Source: an uncultured Verrucomicrobiales bacterium
GTDB taxonomy: Bacteria > Verrucomicrobiota > Verrucomicrobiia > Verrucomicrobiales > DEV007
Direction: 5' to 3'
Length of the DNA: 54,554 nucleotides
Assembly (NCBI GenBank): GCA_938091905.1
Contig: CALKOM010000061.1
Coordinates: forward strand, 1-54,554
Shown here: positions 29,188-39,334 of the stretch, one piece after another
Layout: each line of letters starts with the position of its first letter
Position numbering within the stretch: position 1 is the first letter of the stretch
Translations under genes and position numbers: made by a program
Notes under the pieces: model-generated
Told to the model about the DNA's origin: nothing
The model's input: the letters and a program-made list of their open reading frames with translations, nothing else
Databases searched by the model: none

Positions 29188-30909
29188 ATGAAAACACCTG
29201 AGGATTTACGATCACGCCGCTGGTTCGGCCCTGCTGACTTGCGTTCCTTTGGCCACCGCTCGCGTGCCAAGCAAATGGGCTGGGATAGCGAGGATTGGGA
29301 GGGCAAACCCGTTATCGGTATTCTCAACACGTGGTCCGATCTCAATACCTGCCACACCCATTTCAAGATCGTAGCCGAACAGGTACGCAAAGGGGTGCTT
29401 CAAGCAGGCGGACTTCCGGTGGAAATGCCGGTCATGTCCGTCGGCGAGATGTTCACGAAACCAACGAGCATGCTCTACCGAAATTTCCTCGCCATGGAAA
29501 CCGAGGAAACCCTGCGCTGCAATCCCATCGATGGAGCAGTCTTGTTAGGAGGCTGCGACAAAACAACCCCAGCCCTGCTCATGGGAGCTCTTTCCATGAA
29601 CATTCCAGTCGTCTATGTCCCGGCTGGTCCCATGCTTCGCGGGAACTGGCGCGGGGAAGTGTTGGGTAGTGGTTCCGATGTGTGGAAGTATTGGGACGAG
29701 AAACGCGCCGGCAACATCACCGACGATGACTGGGCGGAGATCGAAGAAGGCATTGCACGCTCTCCCGGCACCTGCATGACGATGGGCACCGCATCCACGA
29801 TGACGTCCATCGCAGAATCCATGGGCTTCACCCTTCCAGGCGCTTCATCGATTCCGGCCAGCGATTCCAATCACCAACGCATGGCCGCACAATCCGGACG
29901 ACAAGCCGTTGAGAATGTTTGGCAGGATCGTAAGCCTACCCAGATGGCCACCATGAAAGCGTTTGAGAACGCCATCATCACCGACATGGCCATCGGCGGT
30001 TCCACCAATGCCATCGTCCACCTAGTCGCCATGGCTGGGCGGGCTGGTCTCGATCTTCCGTTAGAGACCTTCGACGAGATTTCCCAACGTGTCCCCTTCA
30101 TTCTCGATGTACGACCTTCAGGCCGCTTCCTCATGGAAGACTTCTACTACGCCGGTGGTCTTCGCGCCTTACTAAATCAGTTAGGTGATTTACTTCACCT
30201 CGATTGTCCTACGGTGAACGGCAAGACGCTCGGAGAGAATATTGAGGGTGCAAAGGCTCACAACACTGCCGTGATCCGTTTAATTGACAATCCCGTCTCA
30301 TCGGCCAGCGGCACCGCCATTCTCCGGGGTAATCTTGCCCCCAACGGCGCCGTCATCAAGCAGGCGGCGGCCGATCCGAGGTTCTGGCAACACACTGGTC
30401 TCGCCGTCGTCTTCAAAGACTACAGTGACCTGGCAGCACGGATTGATGATCCAGATCTCGACGTTACGGAGAACTCGGTTCTCGTTCTTCAGAATGTCGG
30501 TCCCAAAGGGGCTCCCGGCATGCCCGAGTGGGGCATGTTGCCCATCCCAAAGAAGCTGCTAGAGCAAGGTGTGCGCGACATGGTGCGTGTTTCAGATGCC
30601 CGTATGAGCGGCACCAGCTATGGTACTTGCGTCCTCCACGTCTCCCCGGAATCCGCCATCGGCGGCCCCCTAGCCTTATTGCAAGACGGCGATGAGATCA
30701 CGCTAAACATCCCGGCGCGCCAATTCTCTGTCAACCTAACCGACGCAGAGCTCGAAGCCCGCCGTGCCGCCTGGTCGCCTCCCGCCCCACATTACACCCG
30801 CGGCTACGGCAAGCTCTATCTCGATCATGTCACCCAGGCGGAACACGGATGCGACTTCGACTTTCTTCACGGAGAACCTGCTAGCGTCGCCGAGCCAGAG
30901 ATCCATTAG
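29188..30909 (+). CDS. araD: IlvD/Edd-family sugar-acid dehydratase (L-arabinonate dehydratase-like)
   Basis: LRSRRWFG..DLRSFGHRSR, GGCDKT, CMTMGTASTM, GGSTN, SDARMSGT, EPEIH terminus. Substrate inferred. Confidence 0.85.
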   Translation: MKTPEDLRSRRWFGPADLRSFGHRSRAKQMGWDSEDWEGKPVIGILNTWSDLNTCHTHFKIVAEQVRKGVLQAGGLPVEMPVMSVGEMFTKPTSMLYRNFLAMETEETLRCNPIDGAVLLGGCDKTTPALLMGALSMNIPVVYVPAGPMLRGNWRGEVLGSGSDVWKYWDEKRAGNITDDDWAEIEEGIARSPGTCMTMGTASTMTSIAESMGFTLPGASSIPASDSNHQRMAAQSGRQAVENVWQDRKPTQMATMKAFENAIITDMAIGGSTNAIVHLVAMAGRAGLDLPLETFDEISQRVPFILDVRPSGRFLMEDFYYAGGLRALLNQLGDLLHLDCPTVNGKTLGENIEGAKAHNTAVIRLIDNPVSSASGTAILRGNLAPNGAVIKQAAADPRFWQHTGLAVVFKDYSDLAARIDDPDLDVTENSVLVLQNVGPKGAPGMPEWGMLPIPKKLLEQGVRDMVRVSDARMSGTSYGTCVLHVSPESAIGGPLALLQDGDEITLNIPARQFSVNLTDAELEARRAAWSPPAPHYTRGYGKLYLDHVTQAEHGCDFDFLHGEPASVAEPEIH

Positions 30910-30958
30910 ATGGAGTTTTTAAGATAAGGCAATCGATCTGGCACGCTTATTGAGTGCT

Positions 30959-31573
30959 ATGAAACTATCTGCTGCTTGTGTGTCAGCGCGTGCCTCGCGG
31001 GGCTTTACATTGATTGAAATGGTGCTGGTGTTAGCTGTTATTGCATTGTTGATTGGCGCAGAGGTCACCCACCTGATTGGGGTTGGGACTGTTGCCAGGA
31101 TCGAAACGACTGGGATGAAGTTCAATGGGCCCCGGACAGCCCTGCAACTCTTTCAATTGGGCAACGGCCACTATATGACGCAGGAGCAAGGGCTACGCGC
31201 GTTGTTAGAAAAGCCGACTCAGGCGCCGGTGCCGTAACATTGGATCTCTCAGGTGAAGTCAGAAGATAGCTTTGTCGATCCGTGGGGTAATCCGATCCAG
31301 TATCGAGTGCCCAGCTCCTCAGGCGAAGGCTATGACGTGTTCTCCTGGGGGAAGGACGGTGTGGAAAATGAGAATGACGCTAACGAACATTTACACACCT
31401 TGTTTATCTTCATGCAGCTGGGACATCCTAACCCTGTGAAAGCCAAGAAGGCCGTGCTACCCTCAGAAAGTGCTGTTTCCGCGGTCCTAATTACTCCTCC
31501 TTCTTGTCCTTCTGCGGAGACGCAAAGAGAGCGTCGTCGAGGTCGACGTTATGCTTTACCGAAGAGAGCGTGA
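30959..31573 (+). pseudogene. gspG: Type II secretion major pseudopilin GspG-like, in-frame stop
   Basis: GFTLIEMVLVLAVI N-methylation motif, TQEQGLRALLEKP, TAA at 31235, then in frame DPWGNPIQY...YDVFSWGKDG. Homology ends near 31380. Confidence 0.8.
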
Positions 31574-32234
31574 GGACACCGGTGAACGCAGGGTTCTTCA
31601 CTTCTGAAGTCATGGGAAGCTTGATACCATCGACTTCCTTGTAGTCTTTGAGAGTGATCGTGACGGCCAACTCACCCTGAGGTCCTAGCGTCATCGTCTG
31701 TTCCATCTTGACCATGAGATGGCTCTCTTGGTCAAAGTACCAGGTTTCTTTGCGATCATCTTTGGAGGTGGCCTCGATGACAGAGACTTTCTTGCCATCA
31801 ATCTCGACTTCCGGGAGCAACTTCATTCCCGGAAAATCTGCCTTCAGATTTAGTTCACGTCTGATGTTCGACTCCCGTTGGAGTTGAGCAAGTTCCGCGC
31901 CGCTGAGTTTGCGAAAACCTTGGATGCTGTCTTCCGACCAGCCAGTTTCTCCATCGTAACCTTGCTTGCCACTCAGGAGTCCCTCGATGCCCTGCTCCAT
32001 GTGGACTTTGTCAGGCGCTTTTTGAGAAAGCTTGATCTTCATCTTCATTCCCATGGCCGGCAAAGACATCTGGCCTTCCGCCACCCGGGTCTTGATCTTC
32101 TTGAAGGCGTCTTCGCCACCACTGGCCTCAATGAATTTATCAAGGACCTCATGAGCTTTCGGATCAGCAGCGACGGGGTTCTCGGCGAAGGCTACGATGG
32201 CGAGGCACAGGAACGAAAGAAGGAAAGATTTCAT
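31491..32234 (-). CDS. Secreted outer-membrane-lipoprotein-sorting-like (LolA-fold) protein
   Basis: Signal peptide; VLDKFIEASGG, QGYDGETGW, YFDQESHL, DYKEVDGIKLP, NVDLDDALFASP. Confidence 0.75.
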   Translation of the reverse strand: MKSFLLSFLCLAIVAFAENPVAADPKAHEVLDKFIEASGGEDAFKKIKTRVAEGQMSLPAMGMKMKIKLSQKAPDKVHMEQGIEGLLSGKQGYDGETGWSEDSIQGFRKLSGAELAQLQRESNIRRELNLKADFPGMKLLPEVEIDGKKVSVIEATSKDDRKETWYFDQESHLMVKMEQTMTLGPQGELAVTITLKDYKEVDGIKLPMTSEVKNPAFTGVLTLSSVKHNVDLDDALFASPQKDKKEE

Positions 32235-32248
32235 GAGATCGGATGGAA

Positions 32249-33643
32249 CTAGGGCGTGTTTACGTTAGTTTGACGTTGAAGCCATTGCATGGCTTTGTCC
32301 AGAACGGGGTCTTGTCCGGCAAAGAGCTTTGCGGGCTGTAGAGGGACTTTTTTATCTGGGATGACACCTCGGCCTTCGACTCGTCGTCCCTTGGTCGTTC
32401 GCATGTCTGCTATCGCATGTTGGAGGCGATCTCCATTGGGAAGTTTGCGGATAAACGATGGCAGTGCAGCGCCCATCGTAGGGCGACCGAAAACACAGGC
32501 CCGACCTGCTTCCTGCATACCAGCGGCAAAGATTTCCGAAGTGGAGGCGCTCATGGCATCGACAAGCACAGCGATCGGGCCGAGAAAGGCGTCTTCCTGT
32601 GGAAAGGCAACGAAGTTGATCTGACCAGAACGCATCGTCATTTGACCTAGCGAGTATTGTTCTTCTGTGAGGAGACCAGCAAGACCACTCGCCATGAGAC
32701 CGATGCCGCCGGGATTACCTCTTAAGTCAACGATCATCCCGACGACATCGTCCGAACGCTCTTTGATCGACGTCCGCAGTTGGCTCATGACATCGGGCAA
32801 GAACATGTTGAATCCTAGATAGAGGACATCGCCATGAGGCAACGGCAGTTGCTTTGCTTCGTAGCGAATCGGCATGCTGCCCATGTTCGCCATGGCCATC
32901 GACATCTTGCCCGGGTATTGAATGGGACGATAGCTGACGGTGGTGGGTTCCGGGCTGCCGCGTGGGTCAACTACCGATACGGAAAGCGAATCTCCTTTGT
33001 CAGGCTCACCGGATAGTTCTCCCAACACACTGAGCACGAAGTAGTCTCTTGAGAACGACTTGCTAGCGACGGACGCTGATTTCGCCAGAAACGTCTCTAC
33101 ATCAAGATTGCCGATGCGTAGGACTCGTTGGCCTGGACGAAGCCCTGCTTTGGCTGCTGGTGAATCCGGCATCACTCGACTAATCAGGACGTCCGGCCCT
33201 AACAATCGGAGATGAATACCGGAATAGCTTCCAGAAGGATCTTTCTCGTCCTCGACGTCGTTCTTCTCCTCCTCAGCAGGAGGCTCCTCAGAGGCATCGT
33301 CGATTTCAGCTTGGTCAATGAGCGCCTGTTCTTCCAAATCTTCGGAGCTTGGGATGACACCGAAGTGACTCTCGCCCAACTCTTTGAGCATGGCGTTGAG
33401 AATGGGGCGCAGCTCAGCAGCGTTCGTGGCTTTGCTAGCATTAAAGCGGTACTTATCACCAATGGCTTCCCAATCAAGCCCACCAAATTCAGCATCGTAA
33501 TAAGAGGTGTGAATGGTCGACCAAACTTCTTCAAAAGTCGCGAGGGAAACGGCGTTCTGAGTGGCGTCCTCAGCTTGGACTGTAGGGATGGCTAGCAGGA
33601 CAGCAATCGATCGGCAGATGGCTTTTCCCCAGGTCTTAAACAT
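32249..33643 (-). CDS. S41-family C-terminal processing peptidase with PDZ
   Basis: Signal peptide; SPAAKAGLRPG (PDZ), DLRGNPGG, SASTSE, GRPTMG, EGRGVIPD. Confidence 0.9.
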   Translation of the reverse strand: MFKTWGKAICRSIAVLLAIPTVQAEDATQNAVSLATFEEVWSTIHTSYYDAEFGGLDWEAIGDKYRFNASKATNAAELRPILNAMLKELGESHFGVIPSSEDLEEQALIDQAEIDDASEEPPAEEEKNDVEDEKDPSGSYSGIHLRLLGPDVLISRVMPDSPAAKAGLRPGQRVLRIGNLDVETFLAKSASVASKSFSRDYFVLSVLGELSGEPDKGDSLSVSVVDPRGSPEPTTVSYRPIQYPGKMSMAMANMGSMPIRYEAKQLPLPHGDVLYLGFNMFLPDVMSQLRTSIKERSDDVVGMIVDLRGNPGGIGLMASGLAGLLTEEQYSLGQMTMRSGQINFVAFPQEDAFLGPIAVLVDAMSASTSEIFAAGMQEAGRACVFGRPTMGAALPSFIRKLPNGDRLQHAIADMRTTKGRRVEGRGVIPDKKVPLQPAKLFAGQDPVLDKAMQWLQRQTNVNTP

Positions 33644-33773
33644 GGGAGAACTACGAGCGGTTGCTTGGAGGTGTCAAGGTGGCTGGACGCAGAACGGCCC
33701 GCCTACTGCAAGGTGTAGGCAGGCCGTGTGGTTTTTTTCGGGGGGGTTAGGGCAGGCAGGGGTGAGGCAAAGG

Positions 33774-34484
33774 TCATTCTGCGGGCACTTCTCGGACTCG
33801 GTAGAAGAGGCAATGCTTCGTACTGTCTTTGGGTATCCAGACCGTGCGGTCGGCATCGACAGAGGCCATGGAAGGGTCGCCATCGGCGCTGGCGCTTGAA
33901 GCCACCACCTTCCAGACATTCATGTCTTCACTGGCTTCCACCACGAAACGAACCGGTTTCGTTTCATTCTCGACTTTGGGCAGACTGAAAAAGAACCGAT
34001 CTTTCTCGAGGCCAAAGGCGCGGACCGGACGTGGTCTCACGGGACGAGGAGTTGGCGGATCCACGGTGGGATCGCAGGTAGGGAGCTCAAGCTCGATGTC
34101 GAGTCGGCATGGATTGCAGAGTTCATCTTTGCGGAGGCAATGCGACATGAGCACCAGGGAATGAGTTGATCCTGGCGCTGGTCCGGCCAGCGTGGTGACA
34201 AAACTTGCTTGGCCTCCTGGGGTGACATAAGAGTTGAAGTTGATAATGTGAGGACTAAAAGTTGCGCTAGAGTGCAACGTGATCCAGGCCATGGGGCAGT
34301 CCATTCCATTCACAGCCGTCATGTTGATTGTGTAGGTGGGCGTGGGAACTGAAGCGACACAGGTAATGCGTAAGTCTTTTAGGGTAATGTCAGAAGCGGA
34401 ACTCAGGGTGAGGGTGGTCCAGAAGAGGCCCCCCGCCGCCAAGAGCTGGCGACGGGGGCGTTGGGCGAAGAAGCGAGCATTCAT
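33774..34484 (-). CDS. Secreted Cys-containing hypothetical protein with shared C-terminal domain
   Basis: Signal-like N-terminus; one Cys-rich module (...LELPTCD); Pro linker; VVEASEDMNVW...LFYRV. Confidence 0.7.
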   Translation of the reverse strand: MNARFFAQRPRRQLLAAGGLFWTTLTLSSASDITLKDLRITCVASVPTPTYTINMTAVNGMDCPMAWITLHSSATFSPHIINFNSYVTPGGQASFVTTLAGPAPGSTHSLVLMSHCLRKDELCNPCRLDIELELPTCDPTVDPPTPRPVRPRPVRAFGLEKDRFFFSLPKVENETKPVRFVVEASEDMNVWKVVASSASADGDPSMASVDADRTVWIPKDSTKHCLFYRVREVPAE

Positions 34485-34515
34485 GGCTAACCAGGTCGGG
34501 TTGAAGGGGCGCTTC

Positions 34516-37500
34516 TTAATCAAGGCTGAGGTCGCGGATGCGGAAGAACATGTCGCCTTCGTTCATACCGCAAGGCACCTTGCAGGTGACCGTGCCACCA
34601 GTGCCGATGAAGACACCATCGGGGCCCGTGACCACGTCTTGCACACTGCAGATGGATACCTTCCAACCAGGCTGCATCGACTCCGACTGCTCGACGCGGT
34701 AGCGGTGACCACTCACCGTTGGCACGGCCATCACGACTTCGGCTTGTTCTCCGTGCACGACATCAATGTCGTCGACACGAAGAGCGGCAACATTGATCAC
34801 GACCTCTTTCATCCGCCCAGAACGAATAGGCACGATGATAGGCGAGCCAGCATCAGCCAAGTCTTCCAAGCTCTCAGCGCCCACAAAGATAGCGAGGGGA
34901 GCGTGGTCAGACCCAGAATCCTCCGGCAAGCGGACATCGATGGTGAGATCTTGGCTTTCACCAGGGCTGAGAGAGACCACGCGAGTGGCAATCCCAGCGA
35001 TGTCTGCGCCGCCAGGACCGGGCTCCCCGTCTCCGAGGTCGAGGGCACCGTCTTCCGAAAAGAAGAGAACGGGCACGCGGAGGACCGTGGTTCCTGGATT
35101 GCTCAGGCTGATCTTCACAGGCACAACGCCACCAATAGGAACAACGACCGGGGTGTCAGCGATTTTCACCACGGGCTCGTCCAAGCCAGGACGATACACC
35201 GTGCTAATGCAACATGTTGGTGGCACAAGGGGGTTGTGCGAGAAACAAATCTTGAACCTAGCACAATCGCCTGGAGCAAAGTTCGCACACCGAATTCTGA
35301 GAACACCTGTAAGGCATCCGCCTGGAGCTACTGGGCCAAGCGTGCCGCTGGATGGACTGAAGTGGGCAGCTGTCAGCGTCTGAGTGCAGGCAGCGGAGGC
35401 GACTCCAGAAGCTGTCCAGGTGTAAGTGCGAGGCACGGTGGAGTTGTTGCAGATTGTGAACGGCACGGGGGTGACGCCATCTGGAGGACAGCAGGCAAGG
35501 CGACTACGAACCGCGCACGTGTCAGGCTTGGTGGGCTCACCACACCGTGGCAAGTCGAGACAGACCTCGATTGAACAACAGGTGGTGAAGTTCGGATCGT
35601 GCAGGGCAAGATCGAAGCAGCGCTTTCCGGGTGCGCCATAGTAGCAGGTCTTGAACGTACCCGTGGCACCTGGAGCAATCGGACCGCTTGATGGGCTCAA
35701 GAGCGATGGCGAGAAGCCAGCTGGTGGCAGAATCGTGGCATAACCGAATGGATAGGGCGAGCCGCCTGCCGCAGTGAGGTTCTTGACGTCCATGACGATC
35801 GTGTACTTGATCGTTCCATCCGCTTGGACTTCACACTCAATCTTGTGATCGACGAGTTGGGCACAGCCGCAGTCTGGCAGACGCACACAGATCTTCTCTG
35901 TGCAACACTCTTCGCCGTCTCTCGTTAGAAGCGTGACTTGGAAACAGAAGACGTCGCCGGCATCCCAAGGAATGGCGATGTTAATCGTCGTCGTGTCGCC
36001 TGTTCCGATAGGGCTCGGCAAGGTGATGACGCCAGCGGGGCTTGGTTGGCCAGTCGTCGCACTGCTAGGAAGCTGCCCTACGGGGCAAGGAGTGAGGACT
36101 GCATAGAGAGCCTTGTTGGTTGAAAGATTGGTAATGCTCAGCGTGGTTTCGTAGGGAGCACGTGGCTCATCTGGGCATTCGATCCGGCCGATTTGCAGAT
36201 TGGCACAACGGGTGTCATGGACAATTTCAACGTCACCACCGCTGCCTTTGAGATCATTTAGGTAATGATCCGTGTAACCAGGATCATAAGGAACCTTCCA
36301 GGAATTGGCTGCCTTGCCAGAGGTAGGGAAGTCCGCCGTCCGCACACCAAAGAGCCCATGGGGTCCGTAGCCACTGCGCATGTCCGCTGAAGTGGACCAA
36401 ATGGTGCCTTCCGGATTACCGGCAAAGTTCCCGTAAGCAACACCGCCGTAGGCTTCGCCTTGGGGCACATTGCACCCAGTGGCCATGGTCTTGGTCACTG
36501 CCCATGTGCTGCCCGTGAGTTCAGCGATGTGGGTGTTGCTGCGATGGTTGTATGAGTAGGTCGGATTCAGCATGGAACGCTCTCCGAGTACCATGGTGCG
36601 GCCGTCATTTGAAAACGTCAGGTCGGCAATGGGTACCGAATGATAAGCATAGGTCTTGCCAGGAATCGTAAGCACTTCCGTGTCACTGCTAGGATTGAGG
36701 GCTCCGCTTGGGAGAATGTTCACTCGGCGGATCTTGCCAGGATTGGTGGTGGTTCCTGCATTCCAAACGGAGTAGTAGACAGCACCGCGCTCGACTTCGA
36801 TGCCCCAAAGGCGTTCGCGAAGAGGAGGCAGACCAACAGCGCTATTGTCGGCAGTGAGAGGGTCGAACGTTTGCACGATCGTGCCGCCCGCATTGATGCG
36901 GTAGATCTTACCGTCTTCCAAACTTGTGGTGAAGAACTGGTTGTTCACCGCATCGTAACTCACGTTTCCAAGGCCAGGTCCAGAAACAAGACCACCGCTC
37001 AGAGCCATGGCTTGTTGGCCAGGCACGACAGCAAAGACAGAAACGGCGCTTGTTAGGCGATCCACTTTATAGATGGTGCCAGCGGCACTGAGATCTGCGG
37101 CACCGCCTCCGATGTCACCATAGCGATGGTGCAAGGGGCGATAGGCACCGTAGAGGCCGTGGGCTGCTAAGTATATATTGCCACGGGCGTCCAGGGTGAT
37201 GCCGAAGACATTCCCGAGTTCTTTCGCATTCCAGGAGGAATGGTGAAACATGGGAGCGTTCCATAAAGGCGCGCCAGAAACGCACCCCCCATAATCGGGA
37301 AGGCTTGGGCTGCGGAGGTCCACCAAACCAAAGGTGTAAGCTGCGCTGGGCGGGATCGTGGCACCTACGAGGTCCTTGGAAGGACCGGCACAAGTGGCAG
37401 CCGCGATTCCGGTTTGGGTTAGGGGCGTGCCCCAGCTTGGCACTTGGGCAAAACCACTGGTCTGTAGGGTGAGATAACACAAAAAGGCGCCAACGAGGCG

Positions 37501-37539
37501 CAGTCCTGTCCAACATGGGGGTATGGGTGGGGTTTTCAT
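34516..37539 (-). CDS. Large secreted beta-propeller-like + Cys-rich repeat protein
   Basis: 1007 aa; signal peptide; GNVFGITLD, GPGLGNVSYD, LWGIEV blade-like motifs; three CC-containing repeats; C-terminal YRVEQSESMQPGW...FFRI. Confidence 0.8.
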   Translation of the reverse strand: MKTPPIPPCWTGLRLVGAFLCYLTLQTSGFAQVPSWGTPLTQTGIAAATCAGPSKDLVGATIPPSAAYTFGLVDLRSPSLPDYGGCVSGAPLWNAPMFHHSSWNAKELGNVFGITLDARGNIYLAAHGLYGAYRPLHHRYGDIGGGAADLSAAGTIYKVDRLTSAVSVFAVVPGQQAMALSGGLVSGPGLGNVSYDAVNNQFFTTSLEDGKIYRINAGGTIVQTFDPLTADNSAVGLPPLRERLWGIEVERGAVYYSVWNAGTTTNPGKIRRVNILPSGALNPSSDTEVLTIPGKTYAYHSVPIADLTFSNDGRTMVLGERSMLNPTYSYNHRSNTHIAELTGSTWAVTKTMATGCNVPQGEAYGGVAYGNFAGNPEGTIWSTSADMRSGYGPHGLFGVRTADFPTSGKAANSWKVPYDPGYTDHYLNDLKGSGGDVEIVHDTRCANLQIGRIECPDEPRAPYETTLSITNLSTNKALYAVLTPCPVGQLPSSATTGQPSPAGVITLPSPIGTGDTTTINIAIPWDAGDVFCFQVTLLTRDGEECCTEKICVRLPDCGCAQLVDHKIECEVQADGTIKYTIVMDVKNLTAAGGSPYPFGYATILPPAGFSPSLLSPSSGPIAPGATGTFKTCYYGAPGKRCFDLALHDPNFTTCCSIEVCLDLPRCGEPTKPDTCAVRSRLACCPPDGVTPVPFTICNNSTVPRTYTWTASGVASAACTQTLTAAHFSPSSGTLGPVAPGGCLTGVLRIRCANFAPGDCARFKICFSHNPLVPPTCCISTVYRPGLDEPVVKIADTPVVVPIGGVVPVKISLSNPGTTVLRVPVLFFSEDGALDLGDGEPGPGGADIAGIATRVVSLSPGESQDLTIDVRLPEDSGSDHAPLAIFVGAESLEDLADAGSPIIVPIRSGRMKEVVINVAALRVDDIDVVHGEQAEVVMAVPTVSGHRYRVEQSESMQPGWKVSICSVQDVVTGPDGVFIGTGGTVTCKVPCGMNEGDMFFRIRDLSLD

Positions 37540-37784
37540 AGGGATTACCCCGTGAAAGATCTTTCGTGGACGAAAGGTACAAGGAATCTTCCAATGACGG
37601 TCGATTACGGCAGGGAGCCAGTTCTTCGCCTGGTTCGCACGAATGAGAGGCAGATTCGGGGGACTACCCTCGAAATGCCGTATATTGTATATACGGAAAT
37701 TAAGTTTTATGTGAAGATTGCGAATATGATAATATTATCCATAATTCATAATAGGCAGGGTTAGCAATTTATAGGGAATTACTC

Positions 37785-39212
37785 AATCGTAGCCGTGGCC
37801 TTACCATTGTGGAGATGTTGGCCACGGTCGGGATGGTGGGCATCCTTGGAGCGATCTCGATCACGCTCTTCTTTCATACTCAGGACTCCGTTAAGACCCA
37901 GCGCCTCGTTTCCGACATCGAATCGCTTAATCGCTCGGTAACCGCTTATCGAGCCAACAGAGGAACCCTGGCATCCAACCTCACCGCTCAGGATGTCATT
38001 TCCAAACTAAAGACAGTCGGCGACGCAGACACACGCCGATCCCTTCCCGGCTACCGCGGATCCTATTTAGATGGTCGATTCACTGCCCACAATGTCAATG
38101 CTAGTCAGCCTGGCCCAAGGGCTGTTCGGGACGCTACCGAATTCCGGTTCAAGCTGGCCGAAGGTGTAAACGGCGTTCTCTTCGAAATGCTCGATCAGAA
38201 TACCGCCGACGCAGGCGTAGAAGAAGCACGCGGAACCCAAGGTCCAGGCTTTTCAAAAATCTCTGGGTAGGTCTGGGATTTTACCGATTCGCCAGTGATT
38301 TCGATGTTGCGCTCGACACCTGTCGTAACGACAGATACCGACCTCACTTTGGCCCCTAGTTATGCCACCCCGCATCAGTTAGATCCGCCTGTCTTCTCAA
38401 TACCTGGGGGAAACTATCGACTCACAGATTTCCCACTACAGCTCACACTCACGAACCCACCTGAGAACCCAGTGGGAACGCCGACCCGTTACTCCATCGA
38501 TAGCAAGCCCTGGCAATTATACAAGGGCACACCTTTGTCGATTGCCGGCGGATCTCAAGTCGTCGCCCACGCCGATAATAACCACTTAAACCAAGTATAC
38601 AGCAGCTATACCACGACCGAACTCTATCAGATAGATGACACGGCACCTCTTAACTTTGCTGGGCAATCCTCTGGTCAGTTTGTCGATGCTCAGGGCGGTG
38701 AGGACATGGTCGCGAACTATATTCAGAACGGCCTCGACGGAACCTTCGAATGGGGTGACGGAGCAAATGGGGTTGATTCAGGAAGCTAACTCTCGTTCTA
38801 CGCAGCCAACTTCCTCGTCGTGGAAGAGGAGTCTTGGTTCCGACTCGGCGGCTTAGAGTAATTCAACTCGAGTATCTGGAGTGGCACTGAGGCCACCAAC
38901 GTTCAGCTTGATCTCTCGATCGCCTTCACCACGCCAGACGTCATGGAAACGTTCAACTTCAACTTTGCCTTGGAGAACACCCCCAACCGCAGGCCCAATA
39001 CGGCTGACGAGAGTGCAGACTTCGTCAGGATTAGTAACACAAGCAGTACGTTCTCAACAACTCTCAATGGAAACCAGTATGAGCTTCAGCTCCAATTCGG
39101 TTATCTTGGAAGCGATGGCTTTGCCACTATCGACCAATTTCATGTGCACGAAGGCGCCCAAGCGACTGTATACATCTGGGGCTACTTCGTCCCAACCAAC
39201 GATCAAGACTAG
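37785..39212 (+). pseudogene. Prepilin-type protein with FN3/chitobiase-like and choice-of-anchor-K-like domains; three in-frame stops
   Basis: RSRGLTIVEMLATVGMVGIL. ORFs 37809, 38295 and 38943 share one frame, broken by TAG 38268, TAA 38787 and TAA 38859. No ATG upstream of the pilin motif. Confidence 0.75.
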
Positions 39213-39334
39213 CCCTCCTTGCTCAACCGTCCATGATTGGAGTCGCTTCGAAATCTCCCTTCGAAAAACGCGAATTCCTAGACAATCACCTTGGTCAGGT
39301 CACCATTTGAAGCGATGAACGTCCTCTCTCCTGC

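Noticed and set aside
34336..35574. 412-aa + strand ORF
   Set aside because: Antisense shadow of the Cys-rich genes; Arg/His-rich composition typical of a non-coding frame.
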